DNA of 64,000 nucleotides from assembly GCA_013239625.1 (NCBI GenBank), contig MU053652.1, positions 4,887,902 through 4,951,901 on the forward strand, written 5' to 3'. The notes below the pieces were generated by a model. That model was not told the DNA's origin. It ran no database searches and was given only the letters and a program-made list of their open reading frames with translations. How positions within the stretch are numbered: the first letter of the stretch is position 1; each line of letters begins with the position of its first letter. This stretch comes from Lama guanicoe. Its lineage: Eukaryota. Of the stretch, positions 48,571-62,048 are shown piece after piece. Made by a program: the position numbers and the translations under genes.

Positions 48571-51500
48571 TAAAACACCTACAGCCTAAAGTGACCCATG
48601 AGCCTTTCTCATAATTACACCTTTTTTAACCTCCATAACAAAACTCAGTGGCTGCGTCCCTAATATTACTGTCCCAAGCCCATCTCTGGGTCCTCAACGT
48701 ACAACAGGGAGGTGCTGTGTAATAAGAACTGACAAGATGGAGGCCATAGGGACGGCTGCTGACAGGAGAGCTCTAGCAAAGGATGCCACTCAGAGTACCC
48801 ACTCAGAGCTCTATTCCGGTGCAACAATGGGGGTAGTGAGAGGGGGAGCCAGAGTTCATGAAAAGTTAGTCTAGAAAAGAGGGCACAGGTGGGGCAGCAG
48901 AGTTACCAAGTCAAGAGATACAAAGTCTAGGCTTCCAGGTTCTTAACTGGCACTCCAATTCTTTCCAACAGGTCCTTTTTCTCTTTGCCCTCATCAGCCT
49001 AGATCTGCCTCTAGTTTCCATCCTATCAATGTACAAATTTCTCAATTCAATGCCATAAATCTGATAGAAAGCTTGGAGGAGACATCAGGCAGACCGTATA
49101 ATCTCTGCTAATCCTGTAATCAGAAGCTAAACCCAGGACACAAGTGGATTTGCAAAGTAAGGATTTCAGAAACTCAAATGGCATTAGAGGCCCACAGAGA
49201 GCAAAGTATGTAACGACTGAATAAGACCCATCAATCTGGGAACAGATACATTCCTGCGACTCCACATGAACTATTGGTGGTGGGGGGGCGCAGAAGGAAA
49301 AGACCGAAGGGAAAAGGCTATTAGACCTGAGGATTGAGAGCAAGGCCATCCCAAGTCCCTTCTCGAAGGATCTCTTAAATTATAAATTTGGGAGTAGGAG
49401 TGAGAGGAGGAATAAAAAAGGTGGGGGAAGTTAGGAGAAAGGGAAGACAAACCATTCTTTCTTCAAAATCCCTTTTTATTATCTTCTTTGGGAGAAAAAC
49501 AATGAATGATTTCAGCAAGGCAAGAACTAGGAAGGCTTTTTAAAATAAGCATGTTGTGCATGCACAGGGCCCATGCAGGAAATTCCTCGGTAACCAGCTT
49601 TCAAGTCACTGGTTTCAGAATTTCTGCTCACACCTGACCTGCTGCAGGGGACAAAGGTCTCTGTGAAACAGGCAGGGCTATATTTGTCTACAAAGCCTGT
49701 CTCTTCAGAAGCCTGCCTGTCCCTTTGGGGATGGGGTCTGCATACATCTTTCTGGGCTATGCATCAGGGCGGAAAAGCTCCCTGACGGCTGACTGCAGTG
49801 CGTGGGGCAGTGATTAACACACCAGCCACAAGTGCCTGAGCCCAAGTGAGGTCGAGGGGCACTGGGGACGGGAAGTGGGTCTGGGAAGAACTTTTTTTTA
49901 GCCGATTGGAAATACTTCCCTGGTTTTCTTCTCCAAGTATCCAGGTGTGGCAGCACTGAGTCTGTGGGTGGGTCCTTGTATGAGGCCACATCTGTTCCTT
50001 TTGGGGACCAAATGTTCCTCAGGAGAAGCTGAGTACGGGTCAGTGCGGGAGACCCTACTCTGCTGGCTGTGGCCCCTGACACAGCCTCTCTCAGGCCCAA
50101 AGCCCTTCCTAGAGGCTTCTAAAAGATTTTTTTTTAAAAAAAGGTCTGGTTACACTGTCCTATTTAATGGGCACTCCTTAAAAAAGTGCTGCAATGTTTA
50201 GTACAAGTATATTATTCTGATGGACTAAATATGGGGAACCATATTTTTTGATAGTTTTATCCAAAGAGTTGGATATCAGGCCCTTGAGCGATACACTAAA
50301 AACAAGACACAGAGGGGGTTTTTAACCCCGGCAAAGGTGAAGCCAGAATGAGAAACCCAGCAGCACTGAAATATGAGGGGACAGGCGCACCTCTGAGATG
50401 GAGGACATCACGGGACAAGTCAGCCAACCTCTCATCTTCTCTCACAAACAAACGCAGCTTCACACAGAGATGTTAGACCCCCCAAAAGACTAAAACCCCT
50501 TCTCCTTTGCTTTGCCAGTGCTGCTGTCCTCCAGGCTCCCATAGGAGGCTTTAGAAAACCCTTCAAGGCCTACTTAATTCTCCTCCTTCCTAGAAAACAG
50601 TATTTAATGAGTTGTTCACCTAGGGGAGTGAGTCAAGGTTATGTGTTTAGCAAACTCATTAATAGCAAACATTCTTAAAGAGACAGACTCAGACAGAGAC
50701 GGGAACTGGCAGGAAGAAAGCCTACTCCTCAGGTGGCCTTGAAAATGGGGCGAGGCTGTCAATGGTGGTGCTGAAGGCCAGAGGTGGGCCTGGCTTCCCT
50801 TCAGAGCTGGAGCTCCCTCTTGGTCTCAGTTTGATAAAGTTTACCCCGCAGCTCCCAGAAGTATACGAGCAGAGGGTCTCATTTCTGTCTCTTTTCAGAC
50901 CACGGGAGCAAAAGACTGCTGTAGTTGGTTAGGAAATCAAAAAGGCTCAGGCCAACACAGGGTCCTGCGGGCCAAAAGAGATTCTCTCAGAGGTTTCCAC
51001 TAGAGGGAGGAATTAGAATGTCCCCAATTTATTGGTTGGTTGGTCTTCTCACATTCACCTCTCTCTTTTCCACTTACTGTCTCGCGTGCACACATGGCCT
51101 TAAATAGGTCCCAGGGACTGGCATCAGGAGGCAGACTGCCAGGTGCCAGGGCGGGGAGGATGGAGCTGAAGCTGCTCCGTGTGCCCGGGATCCCAAGATG
51201 GTCCCCTCTGGGGGAGGGATCCCCAGGGGCTGGGCGCCAGCACTGAAGAACCACCGAGTCGCTGGGCCAGCGAGGCCAGTTGCGGGGAGGGAGGGCGCCC
51301 AGCCCCGAGACGGCTCACTTACATAAAGAATCCTTTCAGAGTTACTGGCTGGCAGGGCTCCCCTCAGACTTTTTTTCAGAGCTTGTGCACTGAATATAAA
51401 TCAAGCAGCCTCACTGGGCTGTCACACAAAACTGGCCCCAGTCACCAAGAAAGTGATACAGAATGAGGGCTCCTCTAGCCAGGCTGCCAGCGTCCAGGCA

Positions 51501-53859
51501 TCACGGTGGGAGACTCCCAGATCCCCAGCTGGTGGCTCCACAAAAGCGGGGCTTGAGCGTCCCTCCTCAGAAGCAGAGCCATTTCAGTCTGGTGTCCTTC
51601 AGAGAAATAGTTTGAAGTAGCCCAACAAGACAGGTTCCTGAGAGGACGCTGCTTAGCATTCCTGGCTGGTAGTGAGACACAAACTGAAAAGACAGGGATT
51701 CGTGGCCGCAGGTAGGGTCGGGGTAGGGGCTGTGGGAGGCAGTAGGGTTCTGGGGTAAAGGAGAATCAAGTTCAAGGTAAGTCATGTTACCCTTGGGTAA
51801 AAACAAATCTGCCTGTCACTTCTGGCCAAATTCAGAACTGTGTGTGAGAGTTAGTAAGTGAAAGAAACAGAATATGAATATGAGAGACCAACCAGCCAAC
51901 TGGGGGGTTCTAATCCTTCTCTCTGTATCTGATAGAGGAGCTGAGGGTCCTAGCTCTCTTATTTCACGTTAACCCACCCCAAATTCCTCCAGATATAAAA
52001 GTGATTCCCACTGGAAGCCTGTGCAGATAGAATTGCATCTAAAAGCACGGATCATGAGCAAGCTGGAGGCTGGGTAGATCTAACTCCTCAAGAGGCTCAT
52101 ATGATGAAAAGGGAACGTGGCATCCAGGAACCTGGACGTCAGCCAACCCACCCATTGGTCGTCTGATGACTCATGGGGAAGCCAGTGGTGTGAGCTACAG
52201 GCTAGGCTCCTGGTGTTCCCAGTGCTGCACTACCCTCCATTTCTGACAGAGTCATAGCCTGTCCTTCTGCTCAAGGATGGGCTGAAGATGGTCACCACAG
52301 CAATGGAGAGACAAAATTCAAGCCCATATTCTCATTAAGGGTCCTCCAGAAGTCTCCCTCAGAAACTCCTTAGCTGAGCCAATGAACCCACCCTTACCAG
52401 GCCAGTCAGTACTGCAGGATGAACTGAGGCTACACCACCTGGAAGTAAGAAAACCCTAGCTACAGCTGGAGCTGGCAGCAAAAGGTTGAAAACAAGTAAG
52501 TTGTGGGGGGCAGCCTGATGGCCACAGATGCTGATCCACAAAGAAACAGAACAACAGATCCAGAAGCCTGGCAGGGAGAAGGCGATGCCAGCGTGGCACT
52601 GCTCTACGAACCGAGGGGATCAGAATGGCTGGGAGGCCATGGGAGAGATACACAGGAAGAAACAGCAGCAAAAGACCCAACAGGTTTCAAGATAAACTGG
52701 ACAGATGAAGAATAAAGGAGAAGTTCCAAGCTGAGTATATTTCTTAACTTGAGTCAGAAATTCCCTAGGGTAAATATAAGAAGTGTGTTCCCATCTTGTT
52801 TACTCTCCCTAAACTATAACGTTTTCTCTGAAGCAGTGAGCTGCCCAGTAAGGGGCCCTAAAATATTCCCAGGAGAATAGCCCTAAACCACATGACTTTT
52901 TTTAAAAAAAACATTCTGTGACACTCCTTTGGTCAAGGAAAATGGAGTCACAACAGGAAGCAGTCATCTTCCTTCAAGGCAAAAGGAAAAGAAAGTCTGT
53001 AACAAAGCTAGGGAAGGACCCAGGTGGTCAGGGATCCCAGTCAGACTCACCACACAGCTGTTGGCTTCATCACCCCCTGAGTGTTTTAAATTAAGAGTCT
53101 GTGGATAGAACTGTTTGTTCTTTAGTCATGCAAAAATCTGGGGACTGGCAGCTAATGGAGATAAGGACCCTGGACAGAGGCTCCGGGCCCCTCTCACTGC
53201 CCAGCCGGGTGCCTACNNNNNNNNNNNNNNNNNNNNNNNNNNNNNNNNNNNNNNNNNNNNNNNNNNNNNNNNNNNNNNNNNNNNNNNNNNNNNNNNNNNN
53301 NNNNNNNNNNNNNNNNNNNNNNNNNNNNNNNNNNNNNNNNNNNNNNNNNNNNNNNNNNNNNNNNNNNNNNNNNNNNNNNNNNNNNNNNCCTGGTGTTCCC
53401 TATTTCAGGCTCACCAGCCCTCACTCCCTTTGGAGAAAATGCACTTTAGCAAATTTGAAAATGACAGGCACATGCGTCCACGGGCACAGATAAGCGTATC
53501 TGTGTCCCTCTGTTCACTTCTGCTCACTGCTTACTTACCCACAACTGCCAAGAACCTGTGAGCCTTGATACGCCATAAAACTCTTGCTCATAAATCTATC
53601 AGCAAGGAAAACTGAGGACTGAAGAAACTTAAGGTCACTAGGCTCTTCCTTAAATTTCCCAGTATTAAAAAAAAAGCTGGTAATTTTTCACCTGTCTTTT
53701 GGAAGATTTATGGAGTAAGGCTAGGGCTACTGATATTAGGGAGGCCTGAGCTCTCATTCACTTGGGTCAAAGAACAATCCTCTTTCCTGTGAAACAATTA
53801 ACTCGCCACTAGGATCTTGGTGTTGGGCACAAGATGGGAAGAGCCTCTGTCTTCACGGG

Positions 53860-54350
53860 GTGTGCAATAAACAAGTAAACACATATACCAGGTGATTTCA
53901 GAAAATGGTGAATCAAATAAGAAAATAAAACCCACTGATGTGATTATGACTGGTGGGGCTACCAAAGTAGTCTAGAGACAAGGTAGTCATGGAAAGTCTC
54001 CAGAGACCTGCTCAAGAAGGAGCCAAGCATCTGAAGATGTGGGGGAAGAACATTCCAGATAGAGGAGAGAACAGAGGCCTTTCTGGGGAGAACCAGCTTA
54101 CAGTATTCCACAGAAAAGAAGAGCAGCAGAGCTGAAGGGTAAGGATGAGCAGGAAGATGATAAAAAGGAAGGCACAGGAGCAGGCAAGGCATGGTGGCTT
54201 AGGGCTTGTGGTCCATGGTATGCCGGTGGGTTGTTACCTGAATTATGAAGGGAAAGACACTGGAGTATTGTAAGCAAATCTATAACATCTAATATAGTGC
54301 CACAAAGATTCCTTTGGTGGCTGTGGAGAATAGGCTGTGGAGGGAGAGAG
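53860..54350 (-). mobile_element. L2 LINE fragment
   Basis: GGGGGAAGAACATTCCAG..AGAGG, GAAGGGAAAG.CACTGGAG and GGCTGTGGAGAATAG are typical antisense L2 blocks. Confidence 0.6.
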
Positions 54351-54534
54351 TAAAAATCTATGTCTTGAATGCTTTAACTTCTAGTTTTGAGTCAATGTTC
54401 TGTGATAGAAGATCTTAACATAAGAGGAAGCTGGGTGAAGAACATATTCTACAGTCTGTACATTTAACCCGTCTGTAAGTCCAAAATGATCTCAAAACTA
54501 ACTGTTGAAAGCAATGAAAAACACCTTATATCTT

Positions 54535-54660
54535 TAAAAAAAATTTATAGCCTGCCTTTTTATTCAGGTTTTTTTTTTTAAATGGAGGTACTGGGGATTG
54601 AACCCAAGGATCTCATGCATGCTAAGCATGTGCTCTACCACTGAGCTATACCCTCCCCCA
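54535..54660 (-). mobile_element. Camelid tRNA-derived SINE
   Basis: Same head on the minus strand, T-rich tail on +, 14-bp TSD ACACCTTATATCTT (54521-54534 / 54663-54676). Confidence 0.92.
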
Positions 54661-55023
54661 ATACACCTTATATCTTAAATGAAGAATTGAAAGGTCTAAA
54701 TTAGGTGCAATACCAAGAGCAGGGGGCAAAAAAGGGGGAACAAATCTTCTCAATAATTGACTTGGGTTAAAAATATTTCCCTTCTACACTAGTTTCCTTA
54801 TTATAAAGTAATAGCTGCTCCTACTTCTATTACTATCAGCTCAGACTGACTGATATTTCTTACTTGCTTCTAGTCCAATATCACAAAATAAGCAGTTATT
54901 AATCCTGCTTTACACATGAAGTATCTGAAGCTTAAAGAAGCAACTTATATACCATATGCTTTGAAACCCAGGTTTCTGATTCCAGAATACTCAAAACCCA
55001 CCACTATGCTATAATGCCCATTA

Positions 55024-55080
55024 GTATGTATGTATGTATGTATACATACATATATTCATTCATTCACCCATCCATTCATT
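55024..55080 (+). repeat. Compound (GTAT)n/(CATT)n microsatellite
   Basis: Direct reading. Confidence 0.75.
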
Positions 55081-55764
55081 CTCTCTCTCAACACACTTTG
55101 TAGGACTCAAGTGTGGGGGAAAAAATGGGCTCTCACCAACCAAAACATGATTAAATTTATAAAACCACTGTGTATATGTGTGTACATTTGTAGGCATCGA
55201 CTCCTAACTAAGGGCTGAAATTGTGCTGGAGATATTTGAAAAGCCATTTACTTCTAACTCTCACTCCCACATCTGCATCTGCAGAGCCCTGACCTTTAAG
55301 TCTTTCTTAATCTCCAAGGAGTGTGAAGCTCCACACTTCTGTGACTTAGTTACAGTTGAGCCAAATTTTGTAGCAATGCCAAGAGGTACTTCTAATATTA
55401 CTAGTAAATGCTTAAATGTTCCAAGATCTTTGGGATAAAATCTACAGGCCATGTAAAGAAAGAGTGAGAAAATTATCAAGAAAAGGAATCAAGGCAGATT
55501 TCTTGAGTTTCTCTGGTCTACCCGCCCTCCTGTTCCCTTGGCTCATGTGATGCTTCCTAACTGCTGCACTGACTGAGGGAACGACCCAATAGCCATACTG
55601 CTCACACTTGGCTTCTCTCCTCCCCTCCTCACTAGCACAGGTAAACAGAGGTAAGATGTTCCCCTCCCTTTCTCTTCCTCTTAAGTGGCACATCACAAAA
55701 TCGCAGTGGTTTAAAATTTGAATGCTGAATAGAGTTGAGGTGGAAACCAGGCTCTGTCACTGCA

Positions 55765-56208
55765 AGTGAGCTGAATGAGCCCAGAAAGAAAATGGCCACG
55801 CCCCAATCCCCAAACCTGTAAATGCTACCGTGTTTGGGAAAAGGTCTTTGCAGATGCAAGTAAGTTACGGATCTTGCAGTGACATCACCCTTGATTATCC
55901 AGGGGGGCCCTAAATCCAATGATAAGTGTCCTTAGAAGTCAAAGAGGAGGGAGACAGAAAAGGCAGAGTCAACACGACCAAGGGGGCAGAGACCGAAGGG
56001 ATGCAGCTGCAAGTCAAGGAATGGGACAGTCACCAGAAGCTGGGATGGGCAAGAGGCCAGGAACAGATTCTTCCCTAGCGCACTTGGAGGGAGGATAGCC
56101 CTACCAGATTTTGCACTTTTAGCCTCCAGAACTGTGAAAGAATACATTTCTGATGTTTTAAACCACCAAATATGTGGTAATTGTGATGACAGCCTCCAGA
56201 AACTGATA
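55765..56208 (+). mobile_element. MLT1C/D-type MaLR solo LTR, apparently inserted in a MIR
   Basis: GGAAAAGGTCTTTGCAGATG, GATTATCCAGG.GGGCCCTAAATCCAAT, GCCTCCAGAACTGTGA.AGAATA.ATTTCTG.TGTTTTAA.CCACC. Confidence 0.85.
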
Positions 56209-58203
56209 GTCACGTACTAGTTCTGTGATCCGAGAAAGCTTCTTAAATTCATCTGCAAAATGGGGAGGCTAATGGTACCCACCGCACAAAGCTGCTGTGA
56301 TGATTAAATGTGGGTACCTATGGACATCCCAGTAAATGTTGCTGTCAACTTCATTATTGTTACTGCAACACAAAGGCAATTAAAGAGAAAGGCAAATCAT
56401 TGGGCCTGTAACAGGCTAGTATACGTGAAGCGTACACTTCCAAGGCTTTTGGGCTGGACTTCTCTGGTCTGCTTGACCATACATGCAGATGACTGTGGCT
56501 GGAACGGGCACCAAACTGTCTGTGCCAAAAGAGGTGACAGTGAGGGTACTGGGAGGCTTCTCCTTTCACTGAGGCCTGGCAGCCCGAAAAGAAGATGTAA
56601 GCCCCAGAGAAAAGACCCTTCCATTCTACAGCTCTTGGCCATTCTTATTAAGCGTCTTGTCTTTTCTTTCCAACTTTTTTTGCCAATTACTCTGGATGGG
56701 ACCTGCAGGGAGAGTGCTTTTTTATCCACTTCCTTCTGATTTCCTTATAGAGCAAAGTTCTTGGGGGCAAAAGAAGAGAGGATTCTGAGGGCACTGGAAA
56801 GAGTGGGTAATTCTAGTACAGCTGTGTCGCCTTGAATCATTGGGCTCAAGGAATAAAATCCATTCCCTTTATGACTGTGGGTAGTAATGGCATGGCCACA
56901 GGCTCCTTACGGGATCACAGGCAAGAAAAAATCATCTTATTTTTTTTTGCAATGGTGACTTTATCCATTAACCAGAAACTTCATGACCAGTTGACCCTGG
57001 AGGGGTAACTGTCCATGTGGGTGGGAGTGAGTGAGTGAGAGATGCAAATACACACACAATGTGTTCATTGCCTTAGGAAGAAGGTGACTATCTCCAAACA
57101 GACCATTTCTTGTGATGTTTTGTCACTACTCATTCACCAATCAACTGATGTCTCTCCCTTTGTGGAGGTCAATTTCCATACCATTTTTCTTTTTCTTTCC
57201 GTTTTCCAAATCCCAATTCCTCCTTTGCTCTTGTTCTTTTCTTTAGTCAAAATGATAGCATAGAGTTACAAATGGAGGAGGTGTTTGAGTAGAGCTTGGC
57301 AGCTTGACAGTATTGCAAATAGGGACCTAGAATTTCATGGAGTACATATGTGATCTTCCTGCCATGGACGGACCTACCTTAAGGGGCCCAAAGCCTACTG
57401 GAGGCAAGATAGTGTCCTGCTCACTCGTGGCAAACCCTGCGAGGCATTATGGACATCTAGTGGCTGCTAAGGATAATGCCTCAGGGATGCGTGTCAGGGC
57501 GGGGAGTGGTCCAGCATGGGCTTTACCAGGAGCTCAGTTATCCTGGCTGGTGAGGCACTCCTGAGCCCTCTCAGAGTCAGACCCTTAAATGACCATTTCC
57601 ACTTCTTCTTAGGGGTTAAAAGTCATTCCAAACGGTTCTACCGAGACCCATCGTTAACCCAGCCCAGTAAAGTATAATGACAGCACCTGTGTACACAAGA
57701 ACACAGAAGACAGGCATTTGGAAATATTTTCAAGCCCTAGGTTAAATGCCAATTTGCCATACACTGTCATCTTGACTGAGGGACTGAGCTCAGAAAGGAC
57801 AGAGACTCTGATATTAATTAGTCCTGTGGTGCCAGGTTAGTCACTGTGCCTCTCTGAACTTCATTAATGACCATCTGTAAGATGAGAGGTTAAGTCCAGA
57901 TGATCTCCAAGGTCCCTTTTAGCTTGAACACTCCGTGATCTAGGAGCCTTTTTTTGCATCTGGGAAACACAGTTTGATCTACTCTGCTTTGGCACAGTGG
58001 ATCTCTAGATTAAACGGAAGGAATCACTCACTTCTCAACCTCGTGGCTCATTTCCAAGACTTGGCTACTATCCCAAAGGATCAACTTTCTTCACAAAGCT
58101 TCATCTCGGAGGAAGAGTGGGAATCGTGAACTATGAGAGCTGGAAGGAACTTTCTAGTCCATTTCCTTAATTTTGCAAATGAAGAAATCAACGTTTAGAG
58201 CTG

Positions 58204-58302
58204 TTTAAACAAATTTTTTTTTAAATGGAGGTACTGGAGATTGAACCCACGACCCTGTGCATGCCAAGCATGTACTCTAGCACTGAGCTATACCCACCCA
58301 CC
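58204..58302 (-). mobile_element. Camelid tRNA-derived SINE inserted in an older MIR
   Basis: Same head, T-run, TSD TAGAGCTG (58196-58203 / 58303-58310); flanks look like two halves of a MIR. Confidence 0.88.
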
Positions 58303-61090
58303 TAGAGCTGCTTTAAGATTTGTCACAAGTCTGATCAGCAGCAAAACGGGGACTAGAACTCAAGGATCCTAATCTTGGTGCAGGTATGAAGCTGCTGACA
58401 CAGGCCTTGCCCAACTGCCAGCTGGCTTCTTCGGGCTCTCTCTAGCTTTACCGAAGCAGTCTCTCTGTGGGAAACCACAAATGAAAACACTCCTAACTCC
58501 GTGTTTCTTCCTTCTCTTCCTCCTCTCAAAGTTTAAGTCTTCCTCTTCCTTTTATTCCCTAGTGGTACCACTCCAAATCAAGGAAGCAGTCAGAACCGGG
58601 GACTGTGGAGAGTGACAGACCGATGATGGCTAGGTGACACTCCGGTGACGGGATTAGAAGCTTCAGTACCACTTTCAGTGCACGAGGGCTGTGCATGTAG
58701 CGATGGCCCCACCACCTCCTTAGGCCAGTTGGTAGTTTCTCTGATGCTCCCTTAGCCCAGGTGGCCTACAGAGGGCAAAGCAGCTCTGTCTAGAACTCTG
58801 TGGGCTGCATGGAGCTTGGGCATATTCATCTCGGAATAACGGTCACAAATATTTACCATGAGACCACCTCATTACTAAGTACTTATCTGATTCTACCCTT
58901 CCATCCACCTGCACAGCATGCGGTCACACCTTCTGTTTGTTGGGCCTGGAGCTGAACAGATGGGGACCGAGTGTGCCTACACTGGCCGGGCAGGATCCTC
59001 TTTTTTGCCCAAGTGTACCATCCAGATCCGGGCCAGGGTCTCCTCTGGAACTCTACCAGCTCAGCGCTGGTAAGGAGAGGAATCTCTCAATAGCCAGGTT
59101 TCTAATTCTCCCCCACAGATCCCTGTAGGGCTAGATTCACACCTGGGTATAAGATGGCTGTGTCTGGTTGAAGCTGATGATGTGCAAATGGGGCTTCAGT
59201 CAAGAAGGTGAAAAAAACTACTAAAGAGCCCAGATGGCTCTTACCTCCATCTCTTTCTCTGATTAGCAACTGTGAGTGAAACAAGTGAAGTAAAGGATCT
59301 ATTTTCTCCTGCCCTTCATTCTACCTATAACTCATATACTCTTTACTGAAGTTTTTTAATGCAGCCTGTCCACCCACCTTGCCTCCCCATTTACTCTACG
59401 CAGAGTGAGCATGTTGGACATATTTGTTACAGTGATGAAAACACTGGGCTCAGGGTTAGAAGACTGGATTGAGATGCTGGCTCTGTTGCTTTTTGGGTGT
59501 GTGACCTTGAGCACAGTACCTCCATCCATAAAATGGAGACAACTGTGGCAATTGTGTCACTGGGTAAAGGAAGATTAAACAAGAACAGATCTATCTATCC
59601 ACACATCCCCGCATCCTTAGTATAGAGGAGAGCACGTAGTAGATAAACATCCCAGTAAATGACTGTTGAAGCAGATGAATAAAACCTGAGCTCTCACTGA
59701 CTGAGAGAAAACTCTGGAGAATCATTCCCATGCCCAAGTTCTTAAACATCTGAGCTCTACCGGGGTTCAAGAGATCACATGTCACTTACTATGTGATTTT
59801 ACATAACATATTAACTATTAATGTTGCTACTATTTGATTGCAAATGCATAATTAAACAAAGTTGGTAAACGATGGGGAATCCCGCTTGCCTATAATGGAA
59901 CTATTTCCATTCCATTCAGGGACTTCAAAAATTCCCTGGCATGTTTGAGGTCTCAGGTTACTCGGCAGCAGACAATATTGAGATCCGGGTGTGGCAGAAT
60001 CCAAAGAGCAGAGAGATCCAAGACCTCCTCCTCTTAAGCAATACAGCCCAAGTGCAGGTGACAGGCAAGCGAGCTGGCCAAAGTGGAGGGGGACAGGGCA
60101 CAAGGAAAGGAGTCTGTAGGTGGCCCCTGAAAGGAAGCAACACTAAACCAACGCTATAATTATCCGCTGGCCTTCCAAGGCTTAGCTAGCTACAGACGGC
60201 CCCACCCACTCTAGGCAGAGAAAGGGGCAGTCTTTCTAGGGTAGGGAAAGGCTGACCCAGTCTCGTTCTCTCTCTTGCACTGGTCTGTTAAATGCCCCGG
60301 GGTCTCCTCTCACCAGAAGTAGGGGCAGGTTGCTACGTAGTTCTCAGGGAGTCCTCGCAACAAAGAAGAGGTCATGGGGCAGAAGGCTTAAGACCCATCC
60401 TCCAATCTCTGAGCGCAGGGAGGGGAAAGGGCGCGGGGCTGCAGAGTGAGAAGCTGCATGAATGAACGCGTTGTGCCGTGGCTGCTGCGAGTTCACCTCA
60501 ATCCTTCCTGCTGGTTGTTGTGCTGTCCCAGGTTGTCATTCCCCAGGCTCCCTGAACTTGGTCTTTCCTTCCACTGTTTGCCTCCCCCGCAACCCTCATT
60601 AAGAAAACTATCGTTTAAAGCCCTAGTTAAAGAAGGGGGGTGGGTGTGTGTGTGAGGAAATGTGCAGAGGGGGCAGGACGAACCAGCATCTGTGCAGCAG
60701 CTTCCCGGCCGCCCCCGCGTCCCCCCAGTGCAGCTCCGAACTCCGAGCGTGCAGCCCAGGCCGGGCGGCCGGGAGCCCCGTCAGCAGTCGGCGGGGGTGA
60801 GGAGGACGCGGTCCGAGCAGGAGCCCCGCCAACTGCAGCAGCCTCCGGCTCCCGGGCCCCTGAGCCCACCGCACCCAGAGCCCGAGGGTGCCCGGCGCCG
60901 GGTGCGGAGCGGGGGCGGGGGCCGGCGCGGTCCCTCCGCAGCAGCCCCACGCCGCTCCAGCCTATCAGCGGCCACCCGGCGGCTCCCTCCGACCGGACCA
61001 AAATAGCTGCGAACGCCTGCGACTTGCGCGCGGCCCCTCACTTGACGCTCACTCTGGCTCCCTCGCGCGGCCCGCTCCCCGCGTCTAGAG

Positions 61091-61118
61091 GGAAGGAAGG
61101 AAGGAAGGAAGGAAGGAA
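61091..61118 (+). repeat. (GGAA)7 microsatellite
   Basis: Seven perfect GGAA units counted directly. Confidence 0.95.
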
Positions 61119-62027
61119 GGAGGAAGTCGGACGGAGGCGCGGAGCTCCGGGCTGCGCGGCGCGGGCCAGCGCGGCGCTGGAAGGCGCCGGCGTTAACCCC
61201 TCGAGGGCAGGCAGCGGAGGGGGANNNNNNNNNNNNNNNNNNNNNNNNNNNNNNNNNNNNNNNNNNNNNNNNNNNNNNNNNNNNNNNNNNNNNNNNNNNN
61301 NNNNNNNNNNNNNNNNNNNNNNNNNNNNNNNNNNNNNNNNNNNNNNNNNNNNNNNNNNNNNNNNNNNNNNNNNNNNNNNNNNNNNNNNNNNNNNNNNNNN
61401 NNNNNNNNNNNNNNNNNNNNNNNNNNNNNNNNNNNNNNNNNNNNNCATGTTCCCGGGCTCCGGAGCGTTCCCCGCAGCCGCGACCCCCGCTGCTCACGCC
61501 GCCGCCAGCGCTGGGGCCGCTGCAGCAGTCCGCGGGCAGCGCAGCCGCTGAAGGCGCCGGGGGCCGGAGCCCCGAACTCGCTCCCTCCGCGCAAAGCCAG
61601 AGCCGGCGGCGCGCCGAGGGCCCGGCTGCAACGGGCGATTCCCTGCCGCCGGGGGCTGTGGCCACTGCCGGACCCGCGCCCGCGCCCGCCCCTGGACTCC
61701 CCGAAGGGGCATGCGGTGCGGGGCGACCCGGCCGCCCCGCGCTTCTCCGGCCAGCGGACTCGGTCCCGGCACTGTCGCCACGCCGCTGCCCTTCGGGGGG
61801 CTGGACGGATTACTGCTCCTCGTGCCAGCAGCCGGCGGACTGGGAAACTAAGCCCAGTTTTGGTCTTTTTAACCCTTAAGGGAAGAGGCGAGGAGAGAAG
61901 GGGGTGTGTGTCTGGGGAGGGCGAAGGAGCGGCGAGCACCTCCTCTTAACTCTCACAGCACCGCGAGCGAACGACTGCATCAGCTGCCTCGGGCCGGGAG
62001 CGGCCGACACAAGGAGAGGGGGCAGCG

Positions 62028-62048
62028 CGGCGGCGGCGGCGGCGGCGG
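62028..62048 (+). repeat. (CGG)7 trinucleotide repeat
   Basis: Seven perfect CGG units counted directly. Confidence 0.95.
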
